A DNA stretch of 32,000 nt from Cuniculiplasma divulgatum (lineage in GTDB: Archaea; Thermoplasmatota; Thermoplasmata; Thermoplasmatales; Thermoplasmataceae): the NCBI RefSeq assembly GCF_900083515.1, contig NZ_LT671858.1:1800001-1832000 (forward strand), given 5' to 3'. The notes beneath the pieces are model-generated. The model did no database searches. It saw only the letters and a program-made list of their open reading frames with translations, and had not been told where the DNA came from. A program made the translations under genes and the position numbers. The number at the start of each line of letters is the position of its first letter. The stretch's first letter is position 1. Below, piece after piece: positions 1-7,688 of the stretch.

Positions 1-2
1 TA

Positions 3-1088
3 ATGAGGCACAGAATTCCGGAGATTGGTAGAAATATCATTAAAAAATCCAAATTAACAAGAGATTCTTTCATTGATTTCCTTGAGGAAGTAAAGGGTAT
101 TAAAGTCTTTAAAAAACGTGAATCTATGGTTGTAGATTACTGCAAGACTAATGGGCTAGACTCACATATTTCTGAAGTGATGGAAATAGTTGAAAATGAT
201 ATAGATTATGAAATGCCCGTTTCTCTACTAATGGATAAGGTTAACCCAGGGCTGAAGGAAAAACAGGTCAGACAGATAGAAAAGATCTCTGACTATTATA
301 ATTTGCTTTCAAGAATAGATATGATGAAACTTGAGATGTGCTCATCTGATTTGCCGGAGCGGGAGAATTTAAAACTAAATATTAAAACTCTGGAGAGAGA
401 GTGTAATAAGAAATATTTTCCTCTAAAGATCTCGTTATTGTTTAGTAAGAGATTCATGTTAAAGGAATTCGTAAAAGAAGCCAGGGCATATTCCATAGAG
501 ACCATGAAATCAATTGGAATTGAAAGGGCGGAGTCCATATTTAATAAATATCACGATCAGCTACCTCCGGGAATAAGACACTTATGTCTTTTTGGTCTCG
601 CAATAATAGGAGACCCAGATCTTATGATACTGGATGAACCCACTTCGTCCATGGACACTTTTACCCAGACGAAGTTACTTGACTCTGTTAGAAAATTATC
701 ACATTCAAAGGGAAAGACAGTTCTTTTTATCACAAACGAGATTGCATTGCTTGCAGGAATAGCTGGAAGATTGGGAATAATCTATGCGGGGAACTTAATA
801 GAGGAATCAACAACTCTTGAGATATTCAACAATTCAAAACACCCATTTACCATTGATTACCTCTCATCTTCAAAAGTCAGTATGGAAGGTACTGAAAATA
901 ATGTTCCTCTTGAATTCATACAGGGTGAACCGCCAGATCTGGTGAATCCACCCAGTGGATGCAAATTTCACCCCAGGTGCAAATTTGCAATGGATGTATG
1001 TTCAGTGAAGGTTCCGGGAATGATAGAAGTGTCAAGAAATCACAGGGTAGCCTGCTTTTTATATTCTGACAAAACGGAGGTTCAGTAA
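3..1088 (+). CDS. Opp/Dpp-type oligopeptide ABC transporter ATP-binding subunit, 5'-truncated by the window edge
   Basis: The frame is open to position 1 and no Walker A occurs in the 361 aa seen, so the gene starts upstream of the window. Walker B is LMILDEPTSS. The Opp/Dpp ATPase C-terminal tail is present: HPFTIDYL ... GCKFHPRCKFAMDVC ... HRVACFLY. The signature position reads LPPGIRH and the H-loop position reads FITNE. Confidence 0.8.
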   Translation: MRHRIPEIGRNIIKKSKLTRDSFIDFLEEVKGIKVFKKRESMVVDYCKTNGLDSHISEVMEIVENDIDYEMPVSLLMDKVNPGLKEKQVRQIEKISDYYNLLSRIDMMKLEMCSSDLPERENLKLNIKTLERECNKKYFPLKISLLFSKRFMLKEFVKEARAYSIETMKSIGIERAESIFNKYHDQLPPGIRHLCLFGLAIIGDPDLMILDEPTSSMDTFTQTKLLDSVRKLSHSKGKTVLFITNEIALLAGIAGRLGIIYAGNLIEESTTLEIFNNSKHPFTIDYLSSSKVSMEGTENNVPLEFIQGEPPDLVNPPSGCKFHPRCKFAMDVCSVKVPGMIEVSRNHRVACFLYSDKTEVQ

Positions 1089-1089
1089 A

Positions 1090-2541
1090 ATGGTTGATGG
1101 TAAAATTGTGCTTTATGCCTCTCATATCTCCTATAATACTCCAAAAAGTGATATATTTGGTATGGAAAATTCAGGTATAAGAATACTTGATGATATATCA
1201 TTTAAACTTCACGAGGGTGAATCCATGGGTATCATAGGAGAATCAGGAAGTGGAAAAACTGCACTTATTGATATTTTATTATCCCTAATTAAACCAACTT
1301 CTGGAGAATTATTCATGGATGTTACTAAGGAGGTTGGTGAAGAGCTAGATGAAATTAACAGGCGAATAGAAAAGATAAATGAACTTTTTATAGAAAAATA
1401 TGGATATAATCCTGATGAAGAGGAGATAGAGGGAAATGATGAACTCGATCTTCTTACAGAGAGATATGAAGAATTGTGCAAAGAGCTCTCCATATTCAGG
1501 ATGAATAATAGAGAGATAAGCAAAAAACGTGGATATATTCAACCAGTATTTCAGGATGTATATTCAACTCTTGATCCAAAAAAGGACATTATGAGTTCCC
1601 TGTCAGAACCCTTAAGGTACATCCAGCACATTAATCGTGAAGAAATAGGTTACAGGTTACAGAATATTATGACTGAAGTAGGAATAGATGAGAAATCACT
1701 TTCCAAATATCCAGTCCATCTTAGCGAGAGTGAGAAACAGAAAGTTGCCATTATGAGAGCATTATCAGTAAACCCCAGGATAGTTGTTATGGATGACCCT
1801 ACAGCATATCTAGATGTCACAATGAAAATAAAGCTATTCAACCTTATAAATCAGAGAAGATCAGAGAATGGGACGTCATTTATAATAGCCAGTAGCAACC
1901 TAAGTTTTATCAGCACTTTCACACAAACTGTGGCAGTCTTATGCAGGGGGAGAATAGTAGAAATAGGTCCATCCATAGATATTTTCTCCAATTCGCTTCA
2001 CCCTTACACAAAGGCACTGATTTCTTCCATTCCCAGTTCTGATCCGTCAATTAAAATTGAGGGCATAGCTCTTAGAAAACATGGACCTGACTATGAACAA
2101 ATACCAAAGGGATGCGTATTCCATTCCAAATGCCCAAACGTTATGAGTAATTGTGGCTGGTCAACTGAGGATATTCAACCTTACATCAGAGAAATTATTG
2201 ATGAATATAGACTTGATGATCCTGCTTCCATACCTGAAATTGAGAATATAATATCTGACGAGGGCGAAAATCTGATTGAAATTTCATTCAGGGATGAAGA
2301 GAATTATGATCAAAATATAGTGAGAAGAAAGATTGAGGAGCTTATTGAAATAAGAAAACAAAAACCTGATGGAATCAAATTTGGAGCAATTGATTTCATA
2401 GAGTTTGAGGCTGAGAATAATAATCTTATCATACAGTTGATAAAGCCGGTTTTACCAAAAATGATAGAGGTCTCAGAGGATCATTTTGTTTCATGTTTCA
2501 TGTATACTGTAGATGAAGAAGAGAAAGAGCCCCAAAACTAA
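1090..2541 (+). CDS. Opp/Dpp-type oligopeptide ABC transporter ATP-binding subunit (second ATPase) with two large insertions
   Basis: ATG lies 1 nt after the upstream stop. Walker A is GESGSGKT (1237-1260) and the Q-loop is IQPVFQD. The signature position is LSESEKQK and Walker B is IVVMDDPT. The C-terminal tail reads HPYTKALISSIP ... GCVFHSKCPNVMSNC ... DHFVSCFMY. Confidence 0.85.
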   Translation: MVDGKIVLYASHISYNTPKSDIFGMENSGIRILDDISFKLHEGESMGIIGESGSGKTALIDILLSLIKPTSGELFMDVTKEVGEELDEINRRIEKINELFIEKYGYNPDEEEIEGNDELDLLTERYEELCKELSIFRMNNREISKKRGYIQPVFQDVYSTLDPKKDIMSSLSEPLRYIQHINREEIGYRLQNIMTEVGIDEKSLSKYPVHLSESEKQKVAIMRALSVNPRIVVMDDPTAYLDVTMKIKLFNLINQRRSENGTSFIIASSNLSFISTFTQTVAVLCRGRIVEIGPSIDIFSNSLHPYTKALISSIPSSDPSIKIEGIALRKHGPDYEQIPKGCVFHSKCPNVMSNCGWSTEDIQPYIREIIDEYRLDDPASIPEIENIISDEGENLIEISFRDEENYDQNIVRRKIEELIEIRKQKPDGIKFGAIDFIEFEAENNNLIIQLIKPVLPKMIEVSEDHFVSCFMYTVDEEEKEPQN

Positions 2542-2599
2542 GTTCACACATTTTAGAAAAGTCTATACTGTATTATACTAATTTTTAATTCTGCTCCAT

Positions 2600-3499
2600 A
2601 TGCATGATCTCCTGTATATTATTCTTACAGAAATACTAATGACGCCATTCATAGTGTTTGTAGTACTTTTCGTTTCTTCAAAATTTAGTTCCATGACTGT
2701 AAGAAGCATTTCCCTCATCCTCTTTCTACTGTCAATGATGTCAGGAATGCTGAATTCTCTGAACTATTATCTTCTGTATCCTCATGGCTTCCTAAACCAG
2801 GTAATGGCAATCAACATTTCAATGTTTGAAATGACAATTATTATTTCATATATTCTTGTTTCAGCTTTCAACGGTAATATTGGCAAAATGACAAAGACAC
2901 ATGCTAAATGGATAGGAATACTTGTTGGGTGGAATGAGGTCTCAATGGCTCTGTTCCTGTACTCACTAGCATATGGCTTTGGGACAAACGGAGAACTGGT
3001 GAATACAATTAATATAATCGGAGCTGGAATCACGAACTACCTTTTTACCATCCCCATGATTATTGAAATGGTATCGCTTCTATTTCTAAAGATTCACAAC
3101 GGATTGACGTTGAGAATTTCAACTGGAATAATTGCAATGCAGGCCTCAGATCCTGGTCTTTTCAGTGGTCTCTATTCTATTCCGCTTATTATTGTGTTTT
3201 CCACAGTAATGATAGTAGTTCTATATTTTGTTCTATCGTACACATATAAGAACAGAAAGAATTTGGAAAATGAATGGAGAAAAATGTTGAATTATTTCAT
3301 CTTTCTAATACTTCTTTCATCTATTGGTCTTGTCATGAGTGCCATAATTCCAGGGCCATTTGGAGTTAAATGGATAATTTTTGCCCTTTCAATGGCCTTC
3401 TCAATGGTATATTATTTCCTTATATCCTTTAAGTTCTTTGACTCCAGCACACCAGTAGCAATCAGGAGGAAATTACTTGAAAGTGAAAGCACAGACTGA
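2600..3499 (+). CDS. Polytopic membrane protein of unknown function (about 8-9 hydrophobic helices), paralogous to the N-terminal module of the neighbouring 3534-5513 ORF
   Basis: ATG start and hydrophobic composition throughout. Shared motifs with the neighbour: LLSMMSGML, SMFEM, IPMIIEMVSLLFLKI. Confidence 0.6.
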   Translation: MHDLLYIILTEILMTPFIVFVVLFVSSKFSSMTVRSISLILFLLSMMSGMLNSLNYYLLYPHGFLNQVMAINISMFEMTIIISYILVSAFNGNIGKMTKTHAKWIGILVGWNEVSMALFLYSLAYGFGTNGELVNTINIIGAGITNYLFTIPMIIEMVSLLFLKIHNGLTLRISTGIIAMQASDPGLFSGLYSIPLIIVFSTVMIVVLYFVLSYTYKNRKNLENEWRKMLNYFIFLILLSSIGLVMSAIIPGPFGVKWIIFALSMAFSMVYYFLISFKFFDSSTPVAIRRKLLESESTD

Positions 3500-3533
3500 T
3501 TATGAAAATATACATCAATGATTCGTCACTACT

Positions 3534-5504
3534 TCACTCTTTCTTCATTACCTTTTCTTTTAGGAAATTTCTAACATCATAGAAGAATATATTTTCATAT
3601 GGGCATGCCTCTACGCAATCTCCTACGCCAACGCATCTTGAATTCTTGAACTGTCCTTGGGATATAAAACTGCCTGGCTGGGATGATAACCCTACTGGGC
3701 ATGCAAGAGCACAGTCTTTTGTCTTACATGTTACACACTGACTAGGATCCTTAACCTTTAGTTTAAAAAGCCCATATTTTCCAACAAAGCGATTGAAATT
3801 TCCCCAGTGGCAGTAACCTGTGTTAATACATCCATAATTTCCGAAATATGGCATCGTGAGGAAAACTGCGTACCACATTATGTCAAATATAATTATGTAC
3901 ATGAAAAAAAGAGGATCAGTACCGTAAATTTCGTAGTTTAGGATATGATAATGATATAAGAAGGAGAAAAGGGCAGCAACTGCCAGAGAGATATAGATTG
4001 TAAATGAAACTACCCTGTAAATAAGATTTCTTTCTCCCCCAGTGCTCAATTTTTTGGCAGTAGGTGTTGTCCTGTTAAATTTCTTCATAGAATCGTAAAA
4101 AGTGCCCTGATACATAAGTGGAGCTGTACAGAATACTGAACACAGTTGCCTTGCACCAAAGAGAAGTGATAATGAACCACTTATAACGTAAGTAAGAAGC
4201 ATAGGTATTATTAGAGCTGGAGCAAGCCCTCCAGCTGTGCCTATTCCCATGGACCACCCAATAAAGGGGTATATCCTGGAGTTTGTTACAAGGAAGCTTG
4301 GTATAAGGATTGAGTAGATACCATAGGCACCAATCATCAGTCCTAACCTGATTTTGTTTTCAAGTTCTCTTGTTTTCATTATTTTGAAAACTACCAGGGA
4401 ACCCATTTCAAATCCCATCATTATGAGAAACCATGAGGAACCTGTAATACCACCTACAAATACAACTGTATTATAGAAGAATTCTGTAATCATATTGATG
4501 ATACTTCCAGAAAAAACAGCAAGATGGAGACTGTTTATGAAGAATGACGTTCCATAATATTGAAAATCAAATGTTGCTCCCATTGCAAATTCAGCAATAA
4601 AAACATCCATAAGGAAGAGCGTTGACCACTCTTTATTAGCAAGCCAGTAAACTTTTCCCTTGCCACTAAAATAATTCTTTCTAAGAATTGCATTGATATA
4701 TACAATCATTTCAAGAAGAACCGCGATAGATACAATTAAAACTGATGATTCGTACTGAAAAATCATTACCCCAATCATCATGAGGCCGTAGATCAGCAAT
4801 ATCTGTAATAGATATCTTGAAAAATTCTTATTGACATAACTTTCCCTGTAGAGACTTTCGAAAATGAATATGAGAAGGGCAGTCATTACTGCGCCACCAG
4901 CGAACACTGAAATGCTGATCCATGTATTTTGAGGGATAGCAGTTGGTGTGAAAAACATGACCAGTGACTGAAAAATTATGAAAATGAATGCTATCTTTTC
5001 CCCTTTTCTTATTGTGAAAATTGCGGTTAGTCCCATTTCCAGTGCCATGGGAAAAATGAACCAGAATGATGAAACCGTTTGAGAGATTAATGCCACAAAA
5101 CTTGTTCCATAAATCGTAAATATTGTTTTTGATAGGATTATTGAATTAAAATCAAGACTCATCAGAAATTCATTCAGTAATGTGAGAAATATTATGACTG
5201 GTATGCTTATTCTTATTTCAATATCTTCCTGTTCAATTGAACGTACAAAGAGGATCAGTGGGTATATGATTTCTATTGCCATCAGCCCTGCTGAGATGAC
5301 AATTGCATCTTCCAGTGAGATTGTGATAACTCCTGAAAGATATATCGAAGGACCGAGCAACATTCCGTTCATCATTGCCAGCAATATGTATGTGATAATT
5401 TTTCTCAGAGGGTTTTCAGCAGTTCTTGACAAATACAAAATATATGATGTGAATATTCCCATGAGACCCGCAATAAGTCCCAGTATCCACATATCATAGT
5501 TCAT
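3534..5504 (-). CDS. Large polytopic membrane protein with a duplicated membrane module and a C-terminal polyferredoxin-like (COG0348/NapH-like) Cys-rich domain
   Basis: The track start at 5513 is TTG. The first ATG is at 5504 (MNYDMW...). Numbering from 5513, Cys pairs C458-x3-C462 and C562-x5-C568 lie between hydrophobic helices. They are followed by C593-x2-C596-x4-C601-x3-C605-P and C627-x5-C633-x3-C637-P. Confidence 0.7.
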   Translation of the reverse strand: MNYDMWILGLIAGLMGIFTSYILYLSRTAENPLRKIITYILLAMMNGMLLGPSIYLSGVITISLEDAIVISAGLMAIEIIYPLILFVRSIEQEDIEIRISIPVIIFLTLLNEFLMSLDFNSIILSKTIFTIYGTSFVALISQTVSSFWFIFPMALEMGLTAIFTIRKGEKIAFIFIIFQSLVMFFTPTAIPQNTWISISVFAGGAVMTALLIFIFESLYRESYVNKNFSRYLLQILLIYGLMMIGVMIFQYESSVLIVSIAVLLEMIVYINAILRKNYFSGKGKVYWLANKEWSTLFLMDVFIAEFAMGATFDFQYYGTSFFINSLHLAVFSGSIINMITEFFYNTVVFVGGITGSSWFLIMMGFEMGSLVVFKIMKTRELENKIRLGLMIGAYGIYSILIPSFLVTNSRIYPFIGWSMGIGTAGGLAPALIIPMLLTYVISGSLSLLFGARQLCSVFCTAPLMYQGTFYDSMKKFNRTTPTAKKLSTGGERNLIYRVVSFTIYISLAVAALFSFLYHYHILNYEIYGTDPLFFMYIIIFDIMWYAVFLTMPYFGNYGCINTGYCHWGNFNRFVGKYGLFKLKVKDPSQCVTCKTKDCALACPVGLSSQPGSFISQGQFKNSRCVGVGDCVEACPYENIFFYDVRNFLKEKVMKKE

Positions 5505-5554
5505 CAGAATCAACTTAGTAGAAAATATTGGTATTTAAGATATGCCAGAAAAAT

Positions 5555-6847
5555 TTAGAGAACGATAATACTTTCCACGTAAAGTGTCATCAGCGTAATA
5601 AACAGAACGGGAATACCTACAATAAGTCCCAGTTTCATATATTCAATCGTATTTATCTTTATCTTGGCCTTTCGATCCAGCATATATAGCCATACGAGAG
5701 TCGCCAGAGATCCTATGGGTGTAAATTTTGGCCCTATGTCATTGCCTATTGCATTTGTCAGTAGAATTATTCCAGATATGTGAAGATGCTGTAGTGTAAG
5801 ATCACCCAGCAATACTGAAGGAAGATTATTCATTATAGAGGCTGTGAATGCAAACAGGAATCCAGTCATAACAAAATTCATACCAAAGGGGAATGATTGA
5901 AAGTACCCTACTGCCTTTGCCATGTAAAAAACCATCCCATTTGTTGCAAGTGCATAGACCACTATGTACATTCCAAGAGAGAAAAGGATAATCTGCCATG
6001 GGGCTTCTTTCACAGGCTTTACATAATCTATTTTTCTGTTTTTTCTTGCAAGTAGCAACATGAAAACTGCTGCCGGCATGGCAACTATTGAGACTGGAAT
6101 ATTATAGATTCCACCTACTGAATATAATACCACAAGACTAATGATTACTGGAAAGAAAAGTTTAAAAATTACAGGATCTTTGATATCCTCATTCTTGAAC
6201 TCAACTTTTTTTGGGATTTTAACGGGTATTGACTTTCTGAAATAGATTAAAAGAAATAGGAGGCTCGCAATAATGCTCACCAGATCGGGGACTATCATTA
6301 CCTCCATATAAGGAAAGAAATCTATTCCAAAATATGTGGCTGCTATAATATTTACAAGATTACTAACCAGAAATGGGATACTGGCAGAGTCAGCTATGAA
6401 GCCAACTGCCATTATATAAGCGAATATAGCTTTCTTATCAAGACCTATCCTGTACAGAAGGGCCACTATCACCGGGGTTAAAACGAGGGCCGTACCATCG
6501 TTGGCAAAAAAGGCTGAAATAAAAGATCCCACCAGGATTACTAGTATGAATAATCTCTTTCCCGATCCACCTGAATAATTGAGTATCTTTGTCGCAAGAT
6601 ATTCGAAAACCCCTGCTTCATCAAATACCAGTGCTATAATCACGACGGATACAAATGTCAGGGTTGCGTTCCAGACAATCGATACAACATTTAAGAAATC
6701 CACAAATGTTGTGAAACCAGCTAAAACTGTTATTATTGCTCCGATTGATGCTGAGTATCCAATTTGAATTCCCTTTGGCTTCTTAATTACAAGACTTAGG
6801 GTAAATATGAAAATTCCAAGACTTATGATGAAATCAACTAAGTTCAC
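5555..6847 (-). CDS. arsB: Arsenical pump membrane protein ArsB (arsenite efflux permease)
   Basis: Alignable by eye along its full length with E. coli ArsB: VWNATLTF, FANDGTALVLTP, FIADSASIPFLVSNLVNI, IKDP, APWQIILFSLGMY, SIMNNLPSVLLG, GPKFTPIGSLATLVWL. GTG start at 6847 overlaps the arsC stop by 14 nt. Confidence 0.9.
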   Translation of the reverse strand: MNLVDFIISLGIFIFTLSLVIKKPKGIQIGYSASIGAIITVLAGFTTFVDFLNVVSIVWNATLTFVSVVIIALVFDEAGVFEYLATKILNYSGGSGKRLFILVILVGSFISAFFANDGTALVLTPVIVALLYRIGLDKKAIFAYIMAVGFIADSASIPFLVSNLVNIIAATYFGIDFFPYMEVMIVPDLVSIIASLLFLLIYFRKSIPVKIPKKVEFKNEDIKDPVIFKLFFPVIISLVVLYSVGGIYNIPVSIVAMPAAVFMLLLARKNRKIDYVKPVKEAPWQIILFSLGMYIVVYALATNGMVFYMAKAVGYFQSFPFGMNFVMTGFLFAFTASIMNNLPSVLLGDLTLQHLHISGIILLTNAIGNDIGPKFTPIGSLATLVWLYMLDRKAKIKINTIEYMKLGLIVGIPVLFITLMTLYVESIIVL

Positions 6848-7238
6848 TTGACAGTTCCCCGACCTTTTTAATGATTTGATCCCTAATGCTCCTTACCTCT
6901 TCCAGAGATTTTCCCTTAGGGTCCTCTAATTCCCAGTCTACCATTTTTTTCTTAAGTCCAGCAACCAAAGGAGCTGGACATGAGTCTTCTGCTGAACATC
7001 CCATTATGATCACCATATCGGCCCATTGAAGCATTTCTGCATCCATCTTTTTCGGGAGGGTTAAATTAATATGAATTCCAAGTTCTTCCATTACCTCAAT
7101 TGCCAACGGGTTAATACTAGTCCCGGGCAATGTTCCTGCACTTTTGCAAGTTAATCCAATATGATTTCCATAGGCCTCAGCCATTTTGCTTCTGGCTGAA
7201 TTCTCAACACACAGGAAAAGTATTCGGTTTTTATTCAT
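6834..7238 (-). CDS. arsC: Arsenate reductase, thioredoxin-coupled LMW-PTPase-fold type
   Basis: P-loop C10-VENSA-R16-S matches CX5R(S/T). The distal Cys pair C81/C87 sits in MGCSAEDSCP, and the DP motif is WELEDPKGK. The gene lies between arsR and arsB. Its ATG overlaps the arsR stop by 8 nt. Confidence 0.75.
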   Translation of the reverse strand: MNKNRILFLCVENSARSKMAEAYGNHIGLTCKSAGTLPGTSINPLAIEVMEELGIHINLTLPKKMDAEMLQWADMVIIMGCSAEDSCPAPLVAGLKKKMVDWELEDPKGKSLEEVRSIRDQIIKKVGELSSELS

Positions 7239-7572
7239 TTAATGAACCTTTCAAAATTTTAGATCCTATTGCACTGGTTTTGTAATAAATCCACCTTCCA
7301 TCTTTTCTTCTGTTCAACAACCCACTTCTAAAAAGTTCTTTTATTTCATTTGATACAGTTGGCTGTGGTGAATCGGTTATGGCTGAAATATCACATACAC
7401 ATAACTCCATTTTTTCAAGCAAATGGATAAACAAGAGTCTTTTTCCATCGGACAATGCTCTGAACATCATTTCTTCCGTACGAATATTTGAGACAAACTT
7501 ATTTTCAGATACAAATTGCCTAAGCTCCAGAAGTTTCTCTTGGTCAATTTTTCTACAAGTTTCAACATTCAT
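7231..7572 (-). CDS. arsR: ArsR/SmtB family metalloregulator
   Basis: ELCVCD metalloid-binding motif followed by a winged-HTH segment (ISAITDSPQPTVSNEIKELFRSGLL). First gene of the ars cluster. Confidence 0.85.
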   Translation of the reverse strand: MNVETCRKIDQEKLLELRQFVSENKFVSNIRTEEMMFRALSDGKRLLFIHLLEKMELCVCDISAITDSPQPTVSNEIKELFRSGLLNRRKDGRWIYYKTSAIGSKILKGSLNE

Positions 7573-7625
7573 ATATTCTGATATATAAATGTGTTACTTA
7601 AAATTGACTATATATTTTATGGATG
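7573..7625 (-). promoter_or_regulatory. Candidate ars promoter/operator region
   Basis: On the minus strand there is an AAAATATATA box around 7609-7618, about 41 nt upstream of the ATG. A second TTTATATAT box lies at 7581-7589. The dyad ATATAT-TCTG-ATATAT (7571-7586) abuts the start codon. Confidence 0.3.
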
Positions 7626-7688
7626 GATATGCCCAGATGTGACCACAAATTTTAAAATTCCTTCGGTTTTCCGAAAAGGGTTTAATTC

